Source: Eledone cirrhosa
Lineage: Eukaryota
Length of the DNA: 64,000 nt
Direction of reading: 5' to 3'
Assembly: GCA_964016885.1 (NCBI GenBank)
Contig: OZ024742.1
Location: 4,650,001-4,714,000, forward strand
The notes under the pieces are model-generated. The model did no database searches, was not told the origin of the DNA, and saw only the letters and a program-made list of their open reading frames with translations. This document shows positions 55,054 through 64,000 of this stretch, one piece after another. The translations under genes and the position numbers were made by a program. Position 1 is the first letter of the stretch; every line of letters starts with the position of its first letter.

Positions 55054-55094
<41 letters not shown>
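55054..55094. repeat. (TA)n microsatellite at the PLE boundary
   Basis: Perfect TA run. Confidence 0.95.
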
Positions 55095-55096
<2 letters not shown>

Positions 55097-55167
55097 CATT
55101 TACTTTGTGCACTGCAATTTTGGCCTGATGAGATTTGTCTTCTTAGTGCCAGTATCGTGACTGGTTT

Positions 55168-55189
55168 AGAGAGAGAGAGAGGGGGGAGA

Positions 55190-55255
<66 letters not shown>
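55168..55255. repeat. (GA)n microsatellite
   Basis: GA run with a short G-rich interruption. Confidence 0.97.
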
Positions 55256-55257
<2 letters not shown>

Positions 55258-55862
55258 TAAAAATATGTCGTATTACTGATTATATTATATTCATTGCTTT
55301 TAAAGCCGTGAAGTGAAATAAGTTTGGCAACATTAATAATTACCGTTGAATATCTCTGGGGTGGTCTACTCTTCGACACACTACGTGACTATAAAATATG
55401 ATTTACGTCTCGAAATAATTGAAGTAATCGAATTCTATAGAGGAGATTTGGTTTTAGATTTTACAACCAATTGATCGACAATGGCTTCTATTTTTATACA
55501 GGGGGTAATTCTGAAGATATTCTTTAACCCTTTTAATACCAAACCAATTGAAACCCACCCTGGTTCACGGGGCAAAACTGTTTGTTTTAAAGTATTTATA
55601 TTTATCTAAATACATTCTCTCCTGATATTATGCAACAAGATTTGTTATCTGATATATATACGTATATACATATAATTCTGTATATATATATTATTATAGG
55701 ATTATATATATATATATATGATTATATGATTTCAATGATTATTAATTCCCAATATAATATATAATACAGTACGAAATTAAGAGAAGTATAATAATATTAT
55801 GAATAGAAAAAAAGAAAAAAGAAAAGAAGAAAGAAAAGATATATATATTTATATATATATAT

Positions 55863-56328
55863 ATTAGAATTGGTGCTCTGAAATAGCGATATATATATAT
55901 GAACGTATATATAGTGTATCTTGCAATACACTGTATGCTTAATTAAAAGCATTTTGAAGACCTTACGCTATTGTTCTAGAGTAGTGACAGTCTCACTTAC
56001 ATTAAATTTTCAGCAAACAGGGGGAGATAAAGCTGACAGAGCTCTGTTTCGTACTATTTGGTGCTTATCAAAGCCAAGTACTCCACCTGTCTGCTGAAAA
56101 TCATGAATGTTTGATTCTTATAGAATTCTAGTAATAATCAGGAACTGATTATACAGAGCGGTTTTGAAAATTAGAATTGGTGCTCTGAAATAGCGATATA
56201 TATATGAATGTATATATAGTGAGACTGTCACTACTCTGAAACAATAGCGTAAGGTCTTCAAAATGCTTTTAATTAAGCATACAGTGTATTGCAAAATACA
56301 CTGTATATACATTCATATATATATATAT
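55863..56328 (-). mobile_element. Retrozyme-like non-autonomous element: ~307-bp unit, ~52-bp terminal redundancy and ~110-bp inverted segment
   Basis: The direct repeat ATTAGAATTGGTGCTCTGAAATAGCGATAT..GTATATATAGTG occurs at 55863 and 56170. 56218-56328 is the reverse complement of 55889-55997. There is an internal hammerhead, (TA)n flanks, and no credible ORF. Confidence 0.7.
56007..56100 (-). ncRNA. Extended type I hammerhead ribozyme with a U3-A8 core variant
   Basis: Minus strand: TTTTCAGCAGACAGG-T-GGAG-TACTT-GGCT-TTGATAA-GCAC(CAAATA)GTAC-GAAA-CAGAGCTCTG-TC-AGCT-TTAT-CTCC-C-CCTGTTTGCTGAAAA. Cleavage is predicted after GUC (between 56035 and 56034). Stem II has one C-A mismatch. Confidence 0.82.
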
Positions 56329-56419
56329 GTATTCCACAATGCTTCAAGCAAACTTCAATACTCTCATATATATATATATATATAATATAAGATGAAAAGA
56401 TGGTTAAAAGAGTTCCAAG

Positions 56420-56490
56420 TATTTTATTATGCGCATTTCAAAAACAAATATCATCATGGGATGATATCTGCGTTCTCATCCGATAAAATA
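56420..56490 (-). ncRNA. Minimal type I hammerhead in the pLTR of copy A (core U4 changed to G; probably impaired)
   Basis: Minus strand TATTTTAT-CGGATGA-GAACGCAGATATCATC(CCAT)GATGATATTTGTTTTT-GAAA-TGCGCA-TA-ATAAAATA. Confidence 0.8.
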
Positions 56491-57001
56491 GGGAGACATG
56501 ATATGAAGCTTAAAAACACTTGTGAATAGTGAAGTTTTAAATAAACATATGAAAAATAAATTAAGATTAATGTATGAGATTGGGAAAAAAGTGAGGGGCG
56601 GGTGGAAAAGGTAAGGAAGAGGAAGAGATGAGAGTAAAGAATAGTGGGGGAGGAGTATAAGAAGGAAGGATGAGAGAGGAGGAGAGATGGGTGATAGAGA
56701 GAGAGAGATAGCCTTTACAACTGAGAAAAAATATATATTGTCTCACAGAGAGAAATTAAAAAGCCGTTGGAAGATAATAGATAATTTAAAAGATGTTGAA
56801 ATTAAAAGTTAATGAAGTTTATGCATGAAGAGAAAAAGGAATTAAGAATAATATTAAATTAAGGTTTGTATATTGAAGGGTTTAATAATATGTGCGAGGA
56901 AAAGAATTTATTAATATGTATTATTAAAATATAAATATTAATGTTATTAAGGATATAATGTGAAAAGAAGGAGAAGAATGAATGAGTTATGAATTTAGAG
57001 G

Positions 57002-57350
57002 AATTAGTTAGGGTCTAAGTTTGTTTTTATGTAATGTAATATGTGTACGTAAATAGTTTGTTTAAAAATGAGCGCGGAAGGAAAAGAAGAAAAGAATGTT
57101 TAAGGAAGAAAATATCTAACATCAAAAAGTATATATGTTTACGAAATATTTTCTAATGGTAATAGTATAATATATTAAAAGAAATTAGTTAGGGTTTAAG
57201 TTTGTTTTTGTGTATTGTAATATGTAAAAGTCAAACGAGCATGAAAGGATGGAGGAGATAAGAAAATTTTTAGGAAGAAAACAATCTAACGTCAAAAAAT
57301 TATATGTTACGAAGGACCTCTAATGGTAATACTATAATGTATTTAAAAAA
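57002..57350. repeat. Diverged ~180-bp tandem duplication in the 3' UTR of PLE copy A
   Basis: AATTAGTTAGGGT.TAAGTTTGTTTTT...CTAATGGTAATA.TATAAT occurs twice (from ~57002 and ~57183). It is single in copy B (~52944-53125). Confidence 0.75.
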
Positions 57351-57640
57351 TAATTTTTATGGCCAAAGATATGAGGAAAGATGGAAGAATGGATAATATT
57401 GTGGTGAGTAATAATAAGAATTGAGAAGTAGTTAGGAAGAAAAGGTACAGATTAGAGGTTAGAAATTAAAAAGAAAAAAGGAATAAAGGAAAATGATAAA
57501 GAGGAATGATATAGAATGAGTAAATTGTATTATATAATATATAATAAATAATATTGAGATAAGGTAGAAAGATGAGTATACTTGTAAAAAATATATAAGC
57601 CTTTGAGAAAAAGGATTTTAAACTAGTAAGGTATTAGATA

Positions 57641-59745
57641 TTAGCTGTATACTTTATGGAATGTTCTGTAGAATTTATGCAAGCAGAGAGAAAATAAATC
57701 CGTGCGTCTATTTATTATAGAATTGAAGTTAGATATAATAGTAAATTTCTCGGCTCGGCAGAGATTACATGTTCTGGATTGGGAAGAATTCAAGTAGGGA
57801 AAGGCAGAACAAACCTTCCTCCAAGAGATGTTATAGTTAATATTTTTGTCTTTCAAGGACCATATGAGTTCTGAGAGTGCCGTGTTAGTTCTTTTAAGTT
57901 GGTATCTAAAAGAGGAATTGTGATTATAAAATCTAGCTTTGAAGGAGGTGGAGGTTTAACCGAAATAGGTAAAGGAATTGATATCAGTTATAACCTTACA
58001 TTCATAGACTAAGTTTTTATCAAGACAATCGTTATTAAGAGGACATTTAGTTCTAACAGGGCAATTACAGTTACGATTAGAGAAATTAACAGAGTTATTA
58101 ACAAGAGACCTAGTGCTATTTATAGGAGGAATTGGATTGGAGAAGTTATTTATGATAGGAATAATAGTTTCCTGATTTAGATTGGTATTATGAACATTCA
58201 ACGAAGTTACGTTTGACGTCGTATTTAAGTTTACAGAATCTAGCCTAGAGTTAACAATGACGTCGGGAGTACTACTGCTATTATTATGATGCTCGGTGTT
58301 GGAAGGATGTGATTTATTATTTAATATTTTGTTGTTGTGTTTAGAGATAATATTGGAGATGTTGGAAGAGGTGGAATAAGAAAATGTTATTGTATGTTTG
58401 TTAAAGATTTTACTATAGATATGTGAGGGAGGGAAGCATTTATCTAAGGCCCTAAAGAATAGTTTAGGAATATTATTATTAATAGAAATAGAGAAAGGAG
58501 CATTATATCAGATTATATTTTTGTATCTAGGTCTTTTATTTAAGTTATAGGAATGTTCATTAATTAATTATTTTACTGTAAGACCTTCTAGGATTGGTTT
58601 CATTACTGTATTTAATTTTATCAGGATAACCGGCTTTGGAAAGCACATTATTATAGTAATTGGCGTTAGCATCGAAGATATCTTTATTAGAGGATAGGTT
58701 TGAGATTATTTTTCCAATATTACTAACTATAGCATTTTTAATGTTAGTGGGGTGGTTAGATTTAAAATTAACATAATTTAGATTCTCATTGTTTTTATGG
58801 TAAGGGTAATATATGCCAGTGTCAAGATTAAGGGATATATCTAAGAAGTTAGCTAGTTTGACGTTGTTATCAAATTCAATGTTAAGGTTATGTTGCTTAA
58901 AGAGTTCACGTATATTGTTCTTAATAATATTAAGCTTAACTAAGTTGTAGTTTATGATAGTAAAATGTCCTTCGTCACGATAAATTCCACCGCGAAGTTG
59001 AGGAATTTTCCGATTTAAAGAATTCAAAATAAAAATACCAATCAAATCAGTCAATTGCGAATCGGAAGCACCCATTGTGATATCAAAGTTGTTGGAAGTA
59101 TCGGCTCTAGTCCAGTATTCATTGTTGAATGCTAAGATAGTTTTCCTTGCGGTGAGAATGATGTAAAGTTCATCTATGGTGATGTCAGAATATTTAAATG
59201 CAAAAGATAGAGCGTTATTGAGAAGTGAAGGCGAAATGGAAGAATAGTAGCTGGCAATATCAAATTGAATACATTTTTGTTTGTTTTTCTTATTCGGGTT
59301 GTTAAACCAGCCAATTACTTTAGATGTACCAAACCATAAATTTAAGTTTGAAATAGAGCAATTAGAACGAACCTGTGGGATAATTCTATGTAAGATGGCT
59401 TTACTAATAACCCCCAGATCTGATTTAGAGGGGGCGATTAGTCTAACAGGCAGTTCTGTTCGAAAATTACTTTTATGATCCTTGAGATTTATCCTCGGAG
59501 TTCTTGGGAGGAATGGTTCGGTCTTTTTTTCAATGCTAAGTTTAGACATAATCTCAGAAGCTTCAGAGTTTATAAATTCCAAATTGTCATGGTTAGTTTT
59601 ACGATAATTCTTCCTTAGTTCCTTAAAGATAAAGTTATTATAGTTATCCCTAGATACGCCATATAAATTATTAGTTTTGTCGGAGTGGACTAAGATATGT
59701 TTAGAGGAATTAAGGTTTAAAATCGTATTCCTGAGATTTACAAGG
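57641..59745 (-). pseudogene. PLE reverse transcriptase-GIY-YIG polyprotein, disrupted
   Basis: RT motifs SDKTNNLY, LKDHK..PVRLIAPSKSDLG.ISK, FDIASYYSSI, FDITMG, GIYRDEG (catalytic DD changed to DE), NFLDISLNL and SNHP. Lesions: a frameshift near 58560, TGA at 58508-58510 where copy B has TGG, and an in-frame TAA at 57956-57958 within the GIY-YIG domain. Confidence 0.92.
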
Positions 59746-59783
59746 TGCATTGCTTTATTGTGGTACAATAAAACTCACCTCCT

Positions 59784-59786
<3 letters not shown>

Positions 59787-59827
<41 letters not shown>
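59787..59827. repeat. (AT)n microsatellite at the PLE boundary
   Basis: Perfect AT run. Confidence 0.95.
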
Positions 59828-59830
<3 letters not shown>

Positions 59831-60504
59831 AAATAAACAATCATCTGGTTATGAAACTAACCAACTGGAGGTTTATAATAAACTGAAGTGAAAACCAAGC
59901 ATGTGTTTTTATTGGCAGCATAACCCTCCCAAAGTATTTTAGAACTTAAGTTCGGTCCCATGGTGTTAACTCTTTTCTTTCTCACTCCCACTTTCTGGTC
60001 CTCTTTCCCTCTTACTATCTATCTCCTTTCTCCCCTTCCTCTCTTCCCACTCCTACCCACTTACATTCATTTCTTTCTTTCTACAACTGTTGTCGTATGA
60101 CCAGTCGTTTTCTTTCTCTCTCTCCTACTTGTTAATACAGTTTTAGAACTTATATTCGGCCATTAGTAACTCTTTCCCTTTCCCTCGGTTACTACCACAC
60201 TTTCATGTACTGCTGCCTTCGTCTTTTACTCTTTCTCTATCGGTATGTTTTTCGTACTTTCATTTTGCTTTTGTTTTTGTTTTTTGTCGGTCTCTTCGTC
60301 CATCGTCCGTTGTGTTCCTGGATAACTATCCATTCTAACAATTAATATACTCTGGTGAAATGCCTTTAATGCCTTTAAAATATTAGTGATCCACAGGAGA
60401 TAACCGATGAGTGGGAATTGTCCTTGTGTTTGTGTTTTCACTCACGTTTTCTCTAATAATCCTTTTTTGGTAACCACACAGCCCCGTTCTCTCTTTTTTA
60501 ATTC

Positions 60505-60613
60505 ATATGTGTGCGTGTGTGTGTGTGTGTGTGTGTATGTGTGTGTCTGTGTGTGCATATATATACATATATATGTACATACACATATATTTATATGTGT
60601 ATGTATATGTATA
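60505..60613. repeat. Imperfect (GT)n/(AT)n microsatellite
   Basis: Alternating purine-pyrimidine runs. Confidence 0.9.
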
Positions 60614-60971
60614 TTTCATAGTTTTTTCTAGAATATCATTTAAGATACGCTGAAAAAACAACGTACAGCTTTTACATATACCCATATTAACTATTAAATA
60701 AGCGGATATTAAAGGCCTTTTGTTTGCTCTCCGTTATTTTTTATATCTAATATCTGAAAGTACAAACACATTCTGGTATGGTAGGGTCCTGTAATTCCTG
60801 AGGGAGTCGTAGGGGCGCCGTAGTGGCAAATTGTGTTTCTAGGACATTTCTTAACCTTGGCGGAGCCCATCACTTTCTGGGTCTGAACATAGAAGGTTTC
60901 TTCCAGAGAAGGATAGAAAGTGAGGACGAGGATCTAAGGAGGATAGAAGTGAGAAAGAGATATAGAGAAAG

Positions 60972-61110
60972 AATTGACCCCAGTACTATACTGATACTTT
61001 TTATCGACCGTGAAAGGATGAAAGGCAAAGTTGACCACGTCAGGATTTGAACTCAGAGAGCCGAAACGAATACCGCAAAGCATTCTATTTGACGTTCTAA
61101 TTCGCCACCT
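60972..61110 (-). mobile_element. Degenerate tRNA-derived SINE
   Basis: TTTATCGACCGTGAAAGGATGAAAGGCAAAGTTGACC..GGATTTGAACTCAG, the same central motif and B-box as the other copies. Confidence 0.8.
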
Positions 61111-61546
61111 TTGTGATGCAACTTCTGCAAATATCAAACAAGAATACAAATGACAACAAACACAGCAATAAATTAATATTGGTTTTATCAATCTCCTTTT
61201 AACTACCATCAATCAATGTATGATATTACGTCCTGGTTCGCATACAATAATAAAATAGTTAGAAATAGAAAATAATTATAAAACCATTAGATCTTGCCAC
61301 TTGGTGAATGAAAATCTACGTTAATTAATCAATTATTAAATTAAAATTAATTAATTAAATAGCTGGGTAATTAATTATAATCTTCATATGAGATCATTTA
61401 TTATTCATGCAAATATGGTTAATAGCGTTTCTCAAGTATATATGAAAAATAACTCATCGTAAATCGAATATTTGGTTTGATTCTCGTAATTACGGTGAAA
61501 GAGCTGTATTAACATCTGTATCTCTTATCTGGAAATAGTGCCACAA

Positions 61547-62575
61547 TCTATATATATAAAACTGTGGTTGTCTGTCTGTCTATCGATTTTTGGCACATAT
61601 CTCCTCTTAGAATCTCTCACGGAATTGCACCGAAATTGCTATACTTGTACATTGAGCCCTAGCGAAGACATCGGAAAAAATAAAATTTCAAATTGACCCA
61701 CCCTATGTGACGAAATCGAATATAATGTATCGATTTTTGAGCGTAAGTTATCAGTTATTTCCCTTTGTTCTGTTTACATTGAGCGTCTTACGTAAAACAT
61801 TACGCTGGCTTTCTCAGCGTTTAAAATGACATTAACACAATACACGAACAGACAGTTGTCGAGCCAGCAAAATATTGACCTGCAAAATTCATCAGTTCGA
61901 ACACTAAGCTTCCGTTTTGCTTCATTTCCATTTAAAAGCATTTTAAAACAATATTTTTACTTGAAAACAAGTCTATTTAAAGACTACGTAAAACAAGCAA
62001 ATATTTCGTCGTTAGGCGTGCACAACAGACAGTCGTGCAGACAGACAGTCGTGCAGAGAGGTGATATACGCGTGCAGACAGACAGTCGTGCAGAGAGGTG
62101 ATATAGGCGTGCAGACAGACAGTCGTGCAGAGAGGTGATATAGGCGTGCAGACAGACAGTCGTGCAGAGAGGTGATATAGGCGTGCAGACAGACAGTCGT
62201 GCAGAACAGGTGATATAGGCGTGCAGACAGACAGTCGTGCAGAGAGGTGATATAGGCGTGCAGACAGACATAACTGATAATTTGGTTACGCTAATGTTTT
62301 TCTCTGCGTTGCAGTGTTTACATTTTCGATCTTTGTTAATAAATAACCAGTGCAGTTTCTATCCCCAGCATCCTCTTTTGTTATAACATTCGGGTTATCG
62401 TTATGTTTTCTTAACTTCATAAGGCATATTGTTGGTTGAGGGAATATTAATCAAAAACACCACATGCAAGTCTGCACAGTAGACACTACAGTTTTTAAGC
62501 CAAGAAAGAAACTTAACATTGTAACTTTAACACAGCTACTGAGCGACCCCGAGCAACGCCGGGCTTTACTGCTAG
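61547..62575 (+). mobile_element. Non-autonomous Helitron-type element (~1.03 kb)
   Basis: The 5' end is A|TCTATATATATAAAACTGTGGTTGTCTGTCTGTC. The 3' end has a GC-rich hairpin CCCGAGC-AAC-GCCGGG (62548-62563) followed by ...CTGCTAG|T. It sits between A and T with no TSD. Confidence 0.82.
62013..62270 (+). repeat. 37-bp minisatellite inside the Helitron (GCGTGCAGACAGACAGTCGTGCAGAGAGGTGATATAG x ~6.5)
   Basis: GTGATATA recurs at 62061, 62098, 62135, 62172, 62210 and 62247. Confidence 0.95.
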
Positions 62576-62614
62576 TCGCTTATAAATGAACTGCAACTAA
62601 ATTATATATAATTT

Positions 62615-62803
62615 AATTGTTTCTACTTTTGGCACAAGGCCAGCAATTATCCCAGTGTATTGCTGGTAGTTTATTTTATCGACCCGTAAGGAGGAAAGGT
62701 AAAGTTAACCTCGGCTGGATTTGAACTCAGTCCATAAAGGGCCGTAACTCTTTGCTTCAAAGCATGGCGTCAGACCCTCTACCGATACTGCCAATCCACC
62801 GCT
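62615..62803 (-). mobile_element. tRNA-derived SINE, near full length
   Basis: Closely matches the units at 49866-50470 (TTTCTACTTTTGGCACAAGGCCAGCAATTA...GATACTGCCAATCCACCGC). Confidence 0.88.
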
Positions 62804-62804
62804 A

Positions 62805-63750
62805 TCTACTTATATATATAACCAGCAATTTCTCTGTTTGTCTGTCCGACAGTGGAAACACGTGCGTAGAGAGAGAGTGAGAGTGAAAGAAAGCGACAGA
62901 CTACAAGAGGGGGATAGCGGGAGGGAGAGAGGGAGAGAGAGAGAGAGAGTATATAGACGCTAAAACACGTGCTATAGAAACATTACCTTCCCCTCTCCAC
63001 TGACTTTAGTCACTGAGGCCGAGGGAATCGCTGGTTGCTATAGAGACACCTTGCACAAGCCAGAAGTAACCAGTTCGAGGCGGTTCTGACTTGACACCAT
63101 GCGAAGAAGGTTGTCATTGAATTTGTGGTTGTTGCTGCTGATAATAAGGACCATTTGAAGAAGGTTGCTGCTGATGAGGTAATTTATTAATCAGATTGCG
63201 CAGTTCCATAACCTACGTTTGATTTGTTCAATTTTTTTCTTCAATTATTGTTGTTGTTTTTTTTTATTTCTTATTTAAAAAATATAAATAATAAAATAAG
63301 GTTAGAAATTTAAATACAATTAAATACGATTTAATTTCCATTTCCAGCAGGCAATGTCCAGTGTTCAATTTCATGAAAAAATAGGAAATAATTCAAAAAA
63401 TTGAAGTTTAACTTTTGAACATTTGTTTTGACAATAAAAAAATATTTCCTTATTCACACCTAATGGTATGATTAAAATTTCATAGGAATATTTTTTTCTA
63501 ACCACCAGTTATTTAAATATTATTAAAAATAATTTTTTTTTTTAAAAGAATGGAAGATTTTGTGGATTTTTTTACCACCTTCCAAACCTTAAACACTAAT
63601 TCTCGCGAATTTGTGTTTTGTAATGACCCTCAGGACGCTGCTATTGTTGATTCCAATAGTGCCTGGTATTCGAATATGTTAGTATACAATTTTTTGAATA
63701 AAATTAAGGCGCAATTAGAGCTGCCAAACAAAACTTTTTTCGGCTTCGGC
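62805..63750 (+). mobile_element. Probable Helitron-type element of a second family; 3' end not identified
   Basis: Starts A|TCTACTTATATATATAACCAGCAATTTCTCTGT.TGTCTGTCC, and its first ~155 bp recur at 63817-64000. No hairpin plus CTRR terminus was found, so the right boundary is a guess. Confidence 0.45.
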
Positions 63751-63816
63751 CCATATTATATATATATATAATGGGGATGATGATGATGATATACATAGTT
63801 ACATATGTATATGTAA

Positions 63817-64000
63817 TCTCCTTATAATATATAACCAGCAATTTCTCTGTCTGTCTGTCTGTCTGTCCGACAGTGGAAACAGGTGCGCGCGTGCAAATGT
63901 TTTTTGCGCACGCGTAGAGAGAGAGTGAGAGTGAAAGAAAGAGACAGACTACGAGAGGGGGATAGCGGGAGGGAGAGAAGGAGAGAGAGTGAATAGACGC
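63817..64000 (+). mobile_element. 5' part of a second copy of the element starting at 62805 (runs off the window)
   Basis: A|TCTCCTTATAATATATAACCAGCAATTTCTCTGTCTGTC...GACAGTGGAAACA...GGGGGATAGCGGGAGGGAGA...ATAGACGC. Confidence 0.55.

Larger units (their letters stand above)
52200..55058 (-). mobile_element. Penelope-like element copy B (Naiad-like), 5'-truncated in the RT thumb, with an inverted pLTR segment at its 5' end
   Basis: Minus-strand RT-thumb/linker/GIY-YIG coding remnant at 53634-54720, then a long AT-rich 3' UTR/pLTR with a hammerhead. 54718-55058 is an inverted copy of 52289-52634. Both ends lie in (TA)n. Confidence 0.88.
56385..59786 (-). mobile_element. Penelope-like element copy A (Naiad-like): RT, GIY-YIG and pLTR; decayed and 5'-truncated
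   Basis: RT ORF 58560-59768 and GIY-YIG ORFs 57641-58201. The 3' UTR/pLTR is homologous to copy B, with a hammerhead at 56420-56490. A 41-bp inverted terminal segment lies at 59746-59786, and (TA)n occurs at both ends. Confidence 0.92.

Noticed and set aside
55121-55168. CTGATGA at 55125 as another hammerhead
   Set aside because: There is no GAAA at a suitable position (GTGA instead) and no convincing stems I/II. At best it is a decayed relic.
58508-58510. In-frame TGA as selenocysteine (some Naiads encode selenoproteins)
   Set aside because: It aligns to Trp (TGG) in copy B's MIWYNAPF motif. All linker Cys codons read as Cys in both copies, so it is a nonsense mutation.
59746-59786. ORF start MYHNKAMH and the splice-donor-like AGGTGAGT as the real 5' end or intron of the RT gene
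   Set aside because: This segment is the inverted 3' terminus of the element fused to a truncated ORF, so the start is fortuitous and the donor is antisense to the pLTR.
59281-59886. Plus-strand ORFs overlapping the RT
   Set aside because: They are antisense shadows of the PLE ORF and (TA)n translation.
59940-60500. CT-rich region with CTGGTGA as the pLTR or hammerhead of another PLE
   Set aside because: The composition is suggestive, but the core and stems are too degenerate and there is no linked coding remnant.
63165-63220. CTGATGA at 63171 as a hammerhead
   Set aside because: It lies in a (GCT/GAT) low-complexity stretch with no downstream GAAA-stem III-UH.
63550-63771. 73-aa ORF
   Set aside because: It is short and AT-rich, lies inside a probable non-autonomous element, and has no motif I recognise.

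Overview
Eukaryotic, AT-rich and entirely repeat-derived window with no intact host gene. The SINE families and microsatellite spectrum suggest an octopod cephalopod (inference). Bases 1-~44750 are one tandem array of a 22-bp satellite (consensus GTGGTATAGTAGTTATAGTTAT, about 2,000 copies, no C on the + strand). The array has ~3.25-kb higher-order repeats and ~18-21-kb internal duplications. The last ~19 kb is a patchwork of mobile DNA: tRNA-derived SINEs (one with an 18-bp TSD, one head-to-tail trimer), a 5'-truncated restriction-like-endonuclease LINE inside an (ACAT)n tract, two foldback/palindromic elements, Helitron-type non-autonomous elements, and two decayed Penelope-like elements (RT plus C-terminal GIY-YIG, Naiad-like) with minimal hammerhead ribozymes in their pLTRs. 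The most interesting signal lies between the two Penelope-like copies. It is a ~307-bp non-coding, terminally redundant, retrozyme-like unit carrying an extended type I hammerhead with a Schistosoma-like loop II and a compensatory U3-A8 core. All calls were made by eye; no alignment, folding or database search was run.
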